A stretch of 42,262 bases of DNA from Clostridia bacterium (GCA_045648525.1 JAZROC010000186.1:1-42262); one strand, 5' to 3'. Positions 28,815-37,896 are shown, numbered from the stretch's first letter. Notes: generated by a model from the sequence alone, not told the origin. Program-made: numbers and translations.

Positions 28815-28843
28815 ATTTTATCAAAAAAAGCACTTTAAGTCAA
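28815..28843 (-). promoter_or_regulatory. Putative sigma-A promoter of the 180-aa orphan gene
   Basis: Minus strand reads TTGACT (28843-28838), a 17-nt spacer, then TGa-TAAAAT (-10 at 28820-28815). Confidence 0.55.
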
Positions 28844-28851
28844 CAAATATA

Positions 28852-29550
28852 TTATAGAGGCTTCTTTTTAAGGATTCCTGCCTGTCTGGGATATTGGTTG
28901 GGCGTATCCTTTATTTTTTTAATAACTGCGATATAATGTTGTGTATCTTCAATATTTGAAGTATATATTTTTTCAAACTGACCGCCAAGAATTTTTAAAG
29001 CATTTTCGCTTTCCTTTACCTCATCATAAACCTGCGGGCCTTTCCACGCAAGCATATATCCGCCTTTTTTTACAAAGGGAAGGTCGTACTCGCAAAGCAC
29101 GTTCAATCGGGCAACCGCACGCGAGAATACGTAATCAAATTTTTGGCGCATATCGGTTTTGCCTAAATCTTCACTTCTGCCGTGGACAGTATATACGTTT
29201 GTGAGCCCTATCTTTTCTTTTAATTCATTAAGAAAAACAAGCCTTTTATTTAAAGCATCAACAAGACATACGTTCACGTCAGGGCGCATTATTGCAATAG
29301 GCACACCGGGAAAGCCTGCGCCTGTGCCGATATCTGCACACTTTGAATTTTCTTTTATTAATTCAGCACCTTTTACACTATCAATAAAATGCTTTTCTAT
29401 AACCTCATTAACGTCCGTTACTGCAGTAAGATTTACTTTTTCATTGTATTCAAGAAGAAAGTCGCAATAAATCGAGAACTTTTCTGCCTGAACGTCAGTT
29501 ATATCAATATTATTTTCCTTAAATGCATTTATAATAAGTTGCTTATCCAT
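28852..29550 (-). CDS. rsmG: 16S rRNA (guanine527-N7)-methyltransferase RsmG (GidB)
   Basis: 232 aa with the SAM-binding motif [15 protein letters not shown]. It overlaps the mnmG stop by 8 nt. Confidence 0.95.
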   Translation of the reverse strand: MDKQLIINAFKENNIDITDVQAEKFSIYCDFLLEYNEKVNLTAVTDVNEVIEKHFIDSVKGAELIKENSKCADIGTGAGFPGVPIAIMRPDVNVCLVDALNKRLVFLNELKEKIGLTNVYTVHGRSEDLGKTDMRQKFDYVFSRAVARLNVLCEYDLPFVKKGGYMLAWKGPQVYDEVKESENALKILGGQFEKIYTSNIEDTQHYIAVIKKIKDTPNQYPRQAGILKKKPL

Positions 29551-31414
29551 TTATTTCACCTTTTTCAAGCGCAACGAGAAGCACCGCAATATCTGCAGGC
29601 GAAACACCACTTATACGGCTTGCCTGACCTATTGATGCAGGCTGAAGTTTATTTAACTTCTGCCTTGCTTCAAGACGAAGCCCTGATATTTTTGAATAAT
29701 CACAATTTTCAGGAAGCAGTTTTTTCTCCAACTTCTGCATTTCTTTTATCTGTGTTTCCTGCTTTTTAAGATAACCATCATACTTGATATCCGTTTCAAC
29801 GGTCATTGCCTGCGCACGTGTTATTTCAGGAAGCTCAAAATATTGTGTCAATTCAGAATAAGAAAACTCTTTTCTTCTTAACATATCAAGACAGCTTACG
29901 GGACCTATTGGCTCTTCAAGTCCTTTTTCCTTATAAATACGTTTAGTTTCTTCATAAGTGGGTTTTGTGTTTTTCAACGCATCAAAGGCTTGTTTCTGTC
30001 CCTCAATTTTATTTAAAAATGCTTCATATCTTTCGTCTGTAACAAGACCTACTTTTCTTCCTAAAGGAGTAAGGCGCATATCGGCATTATCTTGTCTTAA
30101 ACTTAAGCGAAATTCAGCACGGGAAGTCATCATTCTGTAGGGTTCGTTTGTGCCCTTTACAGTTAAATCATCAACAAGAACGCCTATATAACTTTCAGAA
30201 CGTGACAATATAAGTGGTTCTTCGCCTTTAACATATAACGCGGCATTTATACCTGCCAAAAGACCTTGTGCGGCGGCTTCTTCATAGCCTGATGAACCAT
30301 TTATCTGTCCTGCACAGTAAAGTCCCTTAACAGTTTTAACCTGTAGTGTAGGATACAATGCGAGAGGGTCGATGCAATCATATTCAATAGCATAGCCTGG
30401 GCGAACCATCTGGGCATTTTCAAGACCTTTTATAGTATGTATCATATCCCTCTGCACTTCTGCCGGAAGACTTGATGATAAACCCTGAAGATACATTTCG
30501 TTTGTATAAAGACCTTCAGGTTCAATAAACAACTGATGCCTTTCTTTATCAGAAAATCTTACGATTTTATCTTCAATACTTGGGCAATAACGTGTACCCG
30601 TACCTTTGATATTTCCGCTGTACATTGGCGAGCGATGAAGATTATCCAATATAATTTTATGAGTTGCTTCGTTGGTATAGGTAAGATAACAAGGCACAGG
30701 TGATTGAACTTCGCCCTCGGTCATATACGAAAAACTGTATGGCACGTCTTCCCCATTTTGAATTTCCATTTTTGAATAATCAATGGTATCACCTGCAATT
30801 CGGGCAGGAGTACCCGTTTTAAAACGTTGAATAGGAATTTCAAGTTTTCTTAAAGCATCAGTTAAAAAGCGCGAATTTATAAAGCCCGAAGGACCGCAAT
30901 CCCGTTCCCATTCGCCCGTAATAATGCGGCTTTTCATATAAACACCCGTTGCAATTATAAGTGCTTTAACTTTATACTGTGCTCCGATTGCCGTTGTAAG
31001 CCCTGTAACAACACCGTCTTCAGTTATAATATCTGCCGCTTCATCCTGAAGCACAGTTAAATTTTCCTGATTTTCAACAACATTTCGCATATAAAGCTGA
31101 TATTCCATCTTATCAGCCTGCGAGCGCAAGGAATATACTGCAGGTCCCTTGCTTGTATTAAGCATTTTAATCTGTATTGCGCATTTATCTGCACTAATAC
31201 CCATCTGACCGCCTAATGCATCAATTTCCCTGACAAGATGCCCCTTGCTTGTTCCGCCAATGGCAGGGTTGCAGGGCATAAAGGCTATTGCATCTTTAGT
31301 TAAAGTCAGCAGAAGAGTTTTTAAACCCATTCGCGCAGAAGCAAGAGCCGCCTCACATCCTGCGTGACCTGCACCTACAACTGCAATATCAAATTCACCG
31401 TCAAAATAATTCAT
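29543..31414 (-). CDS. mnmG: tRNA uridine 5-carboxymethylaminomethyl modification enzyme MnmG (GidA)
   Basis: 623 aa with the FAD motif [22 protein letters not shown] and [17 protein letters not shown]-like ([11 protein letters not shown]) and [15 protein letters not shown] motifs. Confidence 0.97.
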   Translation of the reverse strand: MNYFDGEFDIAVVGAGHAGCEAALASARMGLKTLLLTLTKDAIAFMPCNPAIGGTSKGHLVREIDALGGQMGISADKCAIQIKMLNTSKGPAVYSLRSQADKMEYQLYMRNVVENQENLTVLQDEAADIITEDGVVTGLTTAIGAQYKVKALIIATGVYMKSRIITGEWERDCGPSGFINSRFLTDALRKLEIPIQRFKTGTPARIAGDTIDYSKMEIQNGEDVPYSFSYMTEGEVQSPVPCYLTYTNEATHKIILDNLHRSPMYSGNIKGTGTRYCPSIEDKIVRFSDKERHQLFIEPEGLYTNEMYLQGLSSSLPAEVQRDMIHTIKGLENAQMVRPGYAIEYDCIDPLALYPTLQVKTVKGLYCAGQINGSSGYEEAAAQGLLAGINAALYVKGEEPLILSRSESYIGVLVDDLTVKGTNEPYRMMTSRAEFRLSLRQDNADMRLTPLGRKVGLVTDERYEAFLNKIEGQKQAFDALKNTKPTYEETKRIYKEKGLEEPIGPVSCLDMLRRKEFSYSELTQYFELPEITRAQAMTVETDIKYDGYLKKQETQIKEMQKLEKKLLPENCDYSKISGLRLEARQKLNKLQPASIGQASRISGVSPADIAVLLVALEKGEING

Positions 31415-31417
31415 ATA

Positions 31418-32737
31418 CTATTTTCCTACACAAAATTTTTCAAAAATATTATTTACAATATCTTCAGTTACCGTCTGCCCCGTTATAATGCCCATTTGTT
31501 GCCAGGCAGAAGTCAAATCAATACTTAAAATATCGGGAGGCATTTCCTCAAGACAGTTATTAAGAGAATTTCTTGCACTTAAAAGAGCATCATAATGCCT
31601 TGCCGAAGTAAGAGTAAGACTTGCCGAAGCATCATTTTCAATTACTTCATTTTTAATGAAATCAATTACTTGTTCAACGCCTTCATTGGTAAGTGCCGAA
31701 ATGTCAACACGTTGCCAATTAAGAGGCAACGATACTTCTTCTTTTTTTATAACGTCGCATTTATTGAATACAAAAAGTCCTTTTTTATCCTTGATTTTAT
31801 CTATGTCAAGCCAAGAAAAATTTTCCTCTGTGGCAGAATCAACGACGATTAAAACCACGTCGCTTTCTTCAAGAGTCATCTGACTTCTTTCCACACCTGC
31901 TTTTTCGATAATATCGTCACTTTCGCGTATGCCTGCAGTATCGTACAAGTGCACCTTTACACCTTCAAATTCAAGAATTTCGTGCAAAGTGTCACGAGTT
32001 GTACCTGCAATATCAGTAACGATAGCTCTTTCACAACCGCAAAGTGCGTTAAGAAGCGATGATTTACCTGCATTGGGTTGACCTGCAAGGCACACTTTTA
32101 AGCCTTCTTTAGTTATTCTGCCCCGTCTATATCCTGAAATAAGCGCGTCAATTTCAGGAAGCATTTTTAACACTTCTGTCTTAATAGTATCAGTTGTGTG
32201 TTGCTCGTCAATTTCATCAGGATAGTCAATACCTGCTTCTATTGCCGTTAAAAGTTCTTTTATTGAATCCTGAAAAGCACCTATTTTTTCGCCTAATGCA
32301 CCGCTTAAAAGTCTTGCCGCGGCACGTGATGCGCTTTTAGTATCGGCATCAATTATATCTCCGACAGCTTCAGCTTGAGAAAGGTCAATTTTACCATTCA
32401 TAAAGGCGCGTTTGGTAAACTCACCACTTTGTGCCATTCTTGCACCGTTTTTTAAAACAGTTTCCAAAATATCCCGAGCTGATGCGTAACCACCGTGGCA
32501 TTGAATTTCTGCCGTTTCTTCGCCCGTATATGATGCGTTTTTATCAAACTTGACGCAAAGACATTTATCTATGAGCATATCACCGTCATAGACACCGCCA
32601 TAATACATTTTACGCATTTCCATATTTTCTTTGAAAAACACCTTATCAAGACAGGCATGGGCATTATCGCCGCTTATTCTTATTATGGCTACTCCGCCTT
32701 TACCTGCAGGTGTTGCTATTGCCGCTATCGTTTCCAT
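31418..32737 (-). CDS. mnmE: tRNA modification GTPase MnmE (TrmE)
   Basis: METIAAIATPAGKGGVAIIRISG..., a G domain (GQPNAGKSSLLN, DTAGIR, NKCD), and C-terminal FCVGK. I set the start at ATG 32737 (GGAG 6 nt upstream). The track's TTG at 32749 overlaps that SD. Confidence 0.95.
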   Translation of the reverse strand: METIAAIATPAGKGGVAIIRISGDNAHACLDKVFFKENMEMRKMYYGGVYDGDMLIDKCLCVKFDKNASYTGEETAEIQCHGGYASARDILETVLKNGARMAQSGEFTKRAFMNGKIDLSQAEAVGDIIDADTKSASRAAARLLSGALGEKIGAFQDSIKELLTAIEAGIDYPDEIDEQHTTDTIKTEVLKMLPEIDALISGYRRGRITKEGLKVCLAGQPNAGKSSLLNALCGCERAIVTDIAGTTRDTLHEILEFEGVKVHLYDTAGIRESDDIIEKAGVERSQMTLEESDVVLIVVDSATEENFSWLDIDKIKDKKGLFVFNKCDVIKKEEVSLPLNWQRVDISALTNEGVEQVIDFIKNEVIENDASASLTLTSARHYDALLSARNSLNNCLEEMPPDILSIDLTSAWQQMGIITGQTVTEDIVNNIFEKFCVGK

Positions 32738-32767
32738 AAAATACTCCAAACGTCTTATTATTATTAT

Positions 32768-32796
32768 ATATTATATATCTAAATTGCAGGTATGGC
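32768..32796 (-). promoter_or_regulatory. Putative sigma-A promoter of mnmE-mnmG-rsmG
   Basis: Minus strand reads TTGCCA (32796-32791), a 17-nt spacer, then TATAAT (32773-32768). Confidence 0.5.
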
Positions 32797-32830
32797 AAAC
32801 GATTTTCACAAAACCATTATATTTTTAAGG

Positions 32831-32859
32831 TTTACATATTACAAAAAAGAGTATATAAT
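32831..32859 (+). promoter_or_regulatory. Putative sigma-A promoter of the flippase-mazG operon
   Basis: TTTACA (32831-32836), a 17-nt spacer, then TATAAT (32854-32859). The SD AGAGGTG precedes ATG 32889. Confidence 0.55.
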
Positions 32860-32888
32860 ATACAATAGTATTATTAAGAGGTGTTACA

Positions 32889-34547
32889 ATGTCAGATAAA
32901 AAGAAATCATTTTTAAATGGCGCGGCAATTCTTGCCGTTGCAGGACTTATTTGTAAAATTATTGGTGCAGTGTACAAAATACCGCTGCGAAATATGATTG
33001 GTGAGGAAGCTATGGGTATTTACACAACGGTGTACCCCATATATACCTTCCTTCTTGTTTTTTCAACTTCAGGCATACCTACTGCCATTTCAAAATTAGT
33101 TGCAGAAGAACGCAGTAAAAATAACTTTTCAGGCGCGCACAGAGTTTTTATAACCTCGCTTAAGCTGTTACTTTTAATTGGCGGAATAACTACCCTGCTT
33201 ATGCTTATAGGCGCTCCGCTTATTGCCGAAGTGTTGCTTATTGACTCATGGGAGCCTGTTGCCGCAATTGCATTCTCCCTTCTGTTTGTTTCCCTGCTTT
33301 CTGCTTACCGCGGTTATTATCAGGGCATGCAGAATATGGTGCCCACAGCAACGACACAGCTTATTGAGCAGATAATAAAACTTGCCGCAGGATTTTATTT
33401 TGCTATTTCCTGGAGTAAGTATGGCGCCGTTATGAGTGCCGCAGGTGCTCTTTTGGGTATTACGCTTTCAGAGCTTGCCGCCCTTGTAACTATTTTTATT
33501 ATGTATCAGAAAAACAAAAAGAAAATTTTAACTTTTTCCGATACATATGATAAAACGCAAAAATTTGCCAGACGTTTGCTTGCAATAGCCATACCAATGA
33601 CCATTGGCGGTGCAGTAAAGCCCCTTGTTGATACCATCGACTCCGTTATGGCGAAAAATATTCTGGAAAGTTCCATTAATTACAGCCGAGAATATATTAA
33701 TGCGCTGTATGGCTTTTTAAAAAATGACTGCGGCACGTTAATCAATATGCCTTCAGTTTTGACTGTTGCGCTTTCTATGGCACTTGTTCCTGCGGTAAGT
33801 GAAGCGCTTACCTTTAAAGATGGCGAAAAAGAAGTTAAGAAAATTTCTTCAACGGGTATTAAGCTTTCGCTTGTTATTGGTCTTCCCTGCACAGTTGGTT
33901 TATTTACACTTGCAAAAGAAATTTTATCATTGCTTTACGTTTACATTGATAAGGACCACGGCGGTATGTTTGTTACTGCCGCTGAAAAACTTAACACCGC
34001 AAGCATTTTTATGATGATTCTTGCCATTGGCGTTTTATTCTTATCAATTATACAGACAACTGCAGGTATTCTTCAGGGACTTGGAAAAGTAACATTGCCT
34101 GTTATAAATCTTGCAATAGGTATGGCAGTAAAAATACTGATGAATATTATTCTTATTCCGGTACCACAGTTAAATATTTTTGCAGTGCCTATCGGTACGG
34201 TTACCTGTTATGCCATTGCCGCAATACTTGATATAATTGCAGTAATCAAATACACAAACACAAAAATAAATTTAAAAGAAATATTAAGGCCTATCGGTGC
34301 GGCTCTTTTAATGGCAGTAGTTATCTTTTTATTGAAGCTTCCCTTTATGAGCATACTTGATATTGGTGGCTCAAAAGCAAAGCTTGTTACTGCAGGAATA
34401 ATCGCTGTTGCCGCAGTAGTTTACTTTATAGGTCTTGGCATTTTTGCCGTATTTGATGAAACCGATATAGAATTTATGCCGGGCGGAAGAAAATTAAGAA
34501 AAATTTTAAATAAGATGGGCGCAAAAATACGTCCTTCACAGGAATAA
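32889..34547 (+). CDS. MOP-superfamily polysaccharide/lipid II flippase (MurJ/SpoVB/YabM-like)
   Basis: 552 aa and polytopic. The N-terminus FLNGAAILAVAGLICKIIGAVYKIPLRNMIGEEAMGIYTTVYPIY...GIPTAISKLVAEE is typical of the SpoVB/YabM family. The gene precedes a yabN-like gene, as in Bacillus. Confidence 0.8.
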   Translation: MSDKKKSFLNGAAILAVAGLICKIIGAVYKIPLRNMIGEEAMGIYTTVYPIYTFLLVFSTSGIPTAISKLVAEERSKNNFSGAHRVFITSLKLLLLIGGITTLLMLIGAPLIAEVLLIDSWEPVAAIAFSLLFVSLLSAYRGYYQGMQNMVPTATTQLIEQIIKLAAGFYFAISWSKYGAVMSAAGALLGITLSELAALVTIFIMYQKNKKKILTFSDTYDKTQKFARRLLAIAIPMTIGGAVKPLVDTIDSVMAKNILESSINYSREYINALYGFLKNDCGTLINMPSVLTVALSMALVPAVSEALTFKDGEKEVKKISSTGIKLSLVIGLPCTVGLFTLAKEILSLLYVYIDKDHGGMFVTAAEKLNTASIFMMILAIGVLFLSIIQTTAGILQGLGKVTLPVINLAIGMAVKILMNIILIPVPQLNIFAVPIGTVTCYAIAAILDIIAVIKYTNTKINLKEILRPIGAALLMAVVIFLLKLPFMSILDIGGSKAKLVTAGIIAVAAVVYFIGLGIFAVFDETDIEFMPGGRKLRKILNKMGAKIRPSQE

Positions 34548-34548
34548 T

Positions 34549-35853
34549 ATGATTACAGTAATTGGTGCAGGTTCAGGCAAAGCGGAAAATCTTTCCCTTA
34601 TCGCCTATAAAAAAATAAAAGAAGCAAACAAGGTTATTTTAAAAACTCAAAAGATGCCTGTTGCAAAGCTATTGGCAGATGAAAACATCAGTTTTGAAAC
34701 TCTTGATGACTTATATGAGCAAGCAGAAGATTTTGACGTTTTAAACGTGCTTATAAAGGAACGTCTGGAAAAAGAGGATTGTGTGTACGTTGTGCACGGC
34801 TCTGCCCTTGACGACACTTCTGTGCGCTTGCTGGATAATATTGAAATTATCGCAGGTGTTTCGGTTGCTAACTGCGCCGCGGCATATATGAAGTTACCTA
34901 AAGACATAAAGGCTTATACTGCCACCGAAATTCTTTCAGGTGCAACACCTTCACAGCACGAGGACGTTATTATTACAAGTATTGACTCTACCCTTATTGC
35001 AGGTGACCTTAAGTGTTTTTTGGCAGAAGTATATGGTGACGAAACAGAAATAGATTTTTACACAGAAGATTTTGACGGAAATCAAAGTTCAAAGAAAATA
35101 ATGCTTTATGAACTTGATATGCAGGATTTTTATAATCACACAACAAGTGTTTTTATTGCTAAAACTGATTTTAATAATGTTTACAGATATGATATTAAGT
35201 ATCTGCTTGATATTATAGACAAGCTTTGCTCAATAGACGGTTGCCCTTGGGATTCGGTACAGACTCACGAAAGCCTTCGCCCCTATTTAATTGAAGAAGC
35301 CTATGAGGTTACTGATACCATCGACAAAGATGACCCTTATAAGCTTTACGACGAGCTTGGCGACGTGCTTTATCTTATAATACTTCATTCAAACATAGCA
35401 AAACGTTGCGGTGAATTTGATTTTGGCGACATTACCGACTCAATTTCACGCAAGATGATAAACAGACATCCGCAGATTTTTTCAAATGAAACTTTAGACG
35501 GAAATTTGAATGATTTTTGGGAAGAAACAAAAAAACAAGAAAAAGGGTTAGAAACTACATACGAAGTTATGAAGGACGTGCCCATTGGTCTTGCCGCTCT
35601 TGCCCGTACTGAAAAAATACTTCACAAAGCAGAAAAAGCAGGTATAAAGCACGCGGAAGCAGAAAAGAATATAGACGATATCATTTCATTACTAAAAGAA
35701 AAAGAGATTTTTGACGAAGACGTTTTAGGCGAATTATTATTTGATTTTGTTAAACTTTGCTACTCATTAAACGTTCATCCAGAACTTGCATTGAACCGAA
35801 AAATCAAAGAATACATCGAGCTTTTCAACGATAATTCAACTAAAAACAACTGA
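34549..35853 (+). CDS. mazG: YabN-type fusion protein: tetrapyrrole-methylase-like domain plus MazG nucleoside triphosphate pyrophosphohydrolase
   Basis: 434 aa with a methylase-like N-terminal half and a MazG core (CPWDSVQTHESLRPYLIEEAYEVTDTID...ELGDVLYLI). Confidence 0.88.
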   Translation: MITVIGAGSGKAENLSLIAYKKIKEANKVILKTQKMPVAKLLADENISFETLDDLYEQAEDFDVLNVLIKERLEKEDCVYVVHGSALDDTSVRLLDNIEIIAGVSVANCAAAYMKLPKDIKAYTATEILSGATPSQHEDVIITSIDSTLIAGDLKCFLAEVYGDETEIDFYTEDFDGNQSSKKIMLYELDMQDFYNHTTSVFIAKTDFNNVYRYDIKYLLDIIDKLCSIDGCPWDSVQTHESLRPYLIEEAYEVTDTIDKDDPYKLYDELGDVLYLIILHSNIAKRCGEFDFGDITDSISRKMINRHPQIFSNETLDGNLNDFWEETKKQEKGLETTYEVMKDVPIGLAALARTEKILHKAEKAGIKHAEAEKNIDDIISLLKEKEIFDEDVLGELLFDFVKLCYSLNVHPELALNRKIKEYIELFNDNSTKNN

Positions 35854-35932
35854 AATTAGCAAAAAAAACTTCATTTTCACTAAAAAAACACAAAAAAATT
35901 CATAAAAATGGCGTATTTTATTAACTACCCCC

Positions 35933-35961
35933 TTGACATTTCACCTAAAATATGTTAATAT
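35933..35961 (+). promoter_or_regulatory. Near-consensus extended -10 sigma-A promoter of hup
   Basis: TTGACA (35933-35938), a 17-nt spacer, then TGt-TAATAT (-10 at 35956-35961). Phased A-tracts lie upstream (35861-35908). Confidence 0.65.
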
Positions 35962-36022
35962 TTTTATGATGTGTTGGCACGATAAGTGCCGAAAATATAA
36001 AAAAATTTTGGAGGAAATTACA

Positions 36023-36295
36023 ATGAACAAAGCAGATTTAATCAATGCATTGGCTGCAAAGAACGAGATTTCAAAGAAGGATGCTGAAAAGGCTGTTAAC
36101 GGCGTACTTGATCTTATCGCTGAAGCTCTTAAGGCTGGCGACAAGGTTCAGATCATGGGCTTCGGTGCTTTCGAAGTTAAGGAACGCGCTGCAAGAACAG
36201 GTAAGAACCCTGCAACAGGCGAAACAATCGAAATCGCTGCAAGCAAGGCTGTTGTTTTCAAGGCCGGCAAAGCTCTTAAAGATTCCGTTCAATAA
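36023..36295 (+). CDS. hup: DNA-binding protein HU
   Basis: MNKADLINALAAKNEISKKDAEKAVNGVLDLI...GFGAFEVKERAARTGKNPATGETIEI is canonical HU (90 aa). GGAGG lies 8 nt before ATG 36023. The track's TTG at 35933 is the -35 box itself. Confidence 0.95.
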   Translation: MNKADLINALAAKNEISKKDAEKAVNGVLDLIAEALKAGDKVQIMGFGAFEVKERAARTGKNPATGETIEIAASKAVVFKAGKALKDSVQ

Positions 36296-36314
36296 TTTAA
36301 CATAATGCTTTGAT

Positions 36315-36341
36315 ACCGCCACTTTGAGTGGCGGTTTTTTT
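36315..36341 (+). terminator. Intrinsic terminator of hup
   Basis: ACCGCCACT-TTG-AGTGGCGGT followed by TTTTTTT. Confidence 0.8.
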
Positions 36342-36352
36342 ATGCAAAAAAA

Positions 36353-36380
36353 TCAGCACTGCATTTATTTTTGCAGTGCT
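36353..36380. repeat. 28-nt palindromic hairpin unit, copy 1 (tcagcactgcatttatttttgcagtgct)
   Basis: 9-bp stem AGCACTGCA/TGCAGTGCT with an 8-nt AT loop. On the minus strand it is followed by GATTTTTTT, so it is terminator-like for that strand. It is identical to copy 2, located 129 nt away. Confidence 0.7.
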
Positions 36381-36408
36381 CAGAGCACTGACAACCCACT
36401 GCAAACAC

Positions 36409-36437
36409 AAAACCCTGCAAAAACATTGCAGGGTTTT
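36409..36437. terminator. Bidirectional terminator-like hairpin
   Basis: AAAACCCTGCAA-AAACA-TTGCAGGGTTTT. It has an A-run on the 5' side and a T-run on the 3' side, so either strand reads as stem plus U-tract. Confidence 0.6.
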
Positions 36438-36481
36438 GTTTCCTTTGTTGCATTTCACTTGCAAAATGCGGTCATTTACTC

Positions 36482-36509
36482 TCAGCACTGCATTTATTTT
36501 TGCAGTGCT
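36482..36509. repeat. 28-nt palindromic hairpin unit, copy 2
   Basis: Exact copy of 36353-36380. On the plus strand it is followed by TTTTATTTTTATT. It lies 8 nt beyond the stop of the convergent MFS gene. Confidence 0.7.
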
Positions 36510-36516
36510 TTTATTT

Positions 36517-37806
36517 TTATTCTTTTTCTTTTTTGTTAAGTGCCAGCATAACGTATATCATTGCTATGCCTGCAAGCAGGCAGGCAATAACCGATAACAC
36601 TTGTTCTGCAAACGTTACTTGTATACCTAAGAATCGGTTGCCGTTTTCCTGTATGGAAGATAAAACTCCGCCCATAACGATTGACGTAAGAAATCCGCAT
36701 ATACCGCCAATGGACTGACAAAAAGCATAACTATCTGAACATCTGTTTTCAGGCACGGAAGTAAATACTATATTCATAAGCGCACAATACGCGCCGACGT
36801 AAGATACCGAATTAAACAGATTATAGAGAACAAAGAACAAAATTCCCGTTTCAGGCGTTACGAGGACAACCATAAGTGACCTTAATCCCATAGTGGCAAG
36901 ACACACTAAAAGCATTGCTTTAAAAGAGAACTTGTCCCCTACTATTCCAATCGGAAATGCCGCAGCAAACTGAAAAACACCGCCAATAATTACGTTTATG
37001 AGAGTTGACATCGTTTGGCTCATACCAAGACCGCCGTCAGATATGGCTCTTACCTGAAAATCCTTATAAAAGGGCATTGCTGAATATTGCGCCATATTCC
37101 ACAATACGAAGGCGCCTGCGATAAGCAACACTTTTTTATCTGTTGCAACGTTTAAAATATTCTTTAAAACGTTAGTTTTCTTTTCTTCACAAGGAAGTTC
37201 GATAACAAAAAACAACGTAAGCTGATGAATTATCGACAAGCCTAAAATAGTGAGAGCGCATATAATAAATGCCGTATTCATCTGATTTATGGATTTATAA
37301 CGGTCAACCATTGCGCCCATACCAAAAGAGAAAGCCATTCCTAAAACCAGAGATATCATCTGCATATATGCATTATACCTGCCACGTCTGTTAACCTCAA
37401 CGAGAGATATACGCCAATAGTTAATCTTGGGATTTCCTATATAAAGTAAAGCGTAAGCCGTAATAATACATACAACAAAAATTGCACGTTTAACCGATGC
37501 GTTAATGGGAACTCCGGGTATGACGTATAAAAGCATAAATAGCGCCTGATTGATTATGCTTATTATTATACTGAATTTTTTTACTGACCGACGTGTAAAC
37601 AGCATTGATACTATCTGAAAAAGGCACCCCAAGGAAATAAGTGAATATAAAACACCCGTTTGTGCAGTATTAAAACCGAGGCTATCGGTAAGCTCTGCCA
37701 GCACAGTACCTTCTACCATTAAAATAGCAATAAGATATTCAAATGCCGCCTGAAGCATAAACAGAAATCGGCTTCTCTTCATTCCTTCTGAATCATAGTA
37801 AATCAT
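36517..37806 (-). CDS. MFS-type transporter
   Basis: About 429 aa with roughly 12 hydrophobic helices in two halves separated by a charged loop (ELPCEEKKTNVLKN). I set the start at ATG 37806 (GGAGG 5 nt upstream). The track's TTG at 37818 overlaps that SD. The substrate is unknown. Confidence 0.8.
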   Translation of the reverse strand: MIYYDSEGMKRSRFLFMLQAAFEYLIAILMVEGTVLAELTDSLGFNTAQTGVLYSLISLGCLFQIVSMLFTRRSVKKFSIIISIINQALFMLLYVIPGVPINASVKRAIFVVCIITAYALLYIGNPKINYWRISLVEVNRRGRYNAYMQMISLVLGMAFSFGMGAMVDRYKSINQMNTAFIICALTILGLSIIHQLTLFFVIELPCEEKKTNVLKNILNVATDKKVLLIAGAFVLWNMAQYSAMPFYKDFQVRAISDGGLGMSQTMSTLINVIIGGVFQFAAAFPIGIVGDKFSFKAMLLVCLATMGLRSLMVVLVTPETGILFFVLYNLFNSVSYVGAYCALMNIVFTSVPENRCSDSYAFCQSIGGICGFLTSIVMGGVLSSIQENGNRFLGIQVTFAEQVLSVIACLLAGIAMIYVMLALNKKEKE

Positions 37807-37831
37807 AAGTCCCTCCAAAAATACAGTTGTA

Positions 37832-37860
37832 ATTATATACCGTAAACGTTAAAAGTTCAA
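37832..37860 (-). promoter_or_regulatory. Putative sigma-A promoter of the MFS gene
   Basis: Minus strand reads TTGAAC (37860-37855), a 17-nt spacer, then TATAAT (37837-37832). Confidence 0.55.
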
Positions 37861-37896
37861 CTGCATTTGTTTGAAATAATCTTCAATTTGTTTGTT

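Noticed and set aside
32750-32888. Replication origin, suggested by mnmE/mnmG/rsmG synteny, a strand switch and an AT-rich spacer
   Set aside because: The spacer is only 139 nt and is fully accounted for by two divergent promoters. I found no TTATCCACA-type DnaA box, the closest being TTTTCACAA. No dnaA, dnaN or rpmH is adjacent, and genes return to the minus strand at 36517.
35933-36022. 5'-extended starts in the ORF track (hup from TTG 35933; likewise rplS 6956, rpsP 8783, trmD 7785, plsX 17056, mnmE 32749, MFS 37818, CPBP 38577, PAP2 39476)
   Set aside because: In most of these the extended start lies inside or on top of the SD, and for hup it is the -35 box itself. For rplS, trmD and CPBP it simply lacks an SD of its own. 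In every case an internal ATG has proper SD spacing and matches the family N-terminus.
36353-36509. Possible mini-CRISPR array, given identical 28-nt repeats separated by a ~100-nt unique segment
   Set aside because: There are only two copies. The spacing of 101 nt is far from the usual 30-40 nt spacer length. The repeat is a perfect palindrome with an AT loop followed by U-tracts, which is terminator architecture. No cas genes or leader are present.
36342-36539. 65-codon plus-strand ORF (MQKNQHCIYFCSAQ...SQHCIYFCSAF...) with a duplicated CxxxC peptide motif
   Set aside because: The duplicated peptide is simply the translation of the two identical hairpins. The ATG sits directly on the hup terminator U-tract without a real SD. 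The ORF runs antisense into the MFS 3' end. The overlapping track ORFs 36324..36539, 36328..36597 and 36297..36488 are rejected for the same reason.
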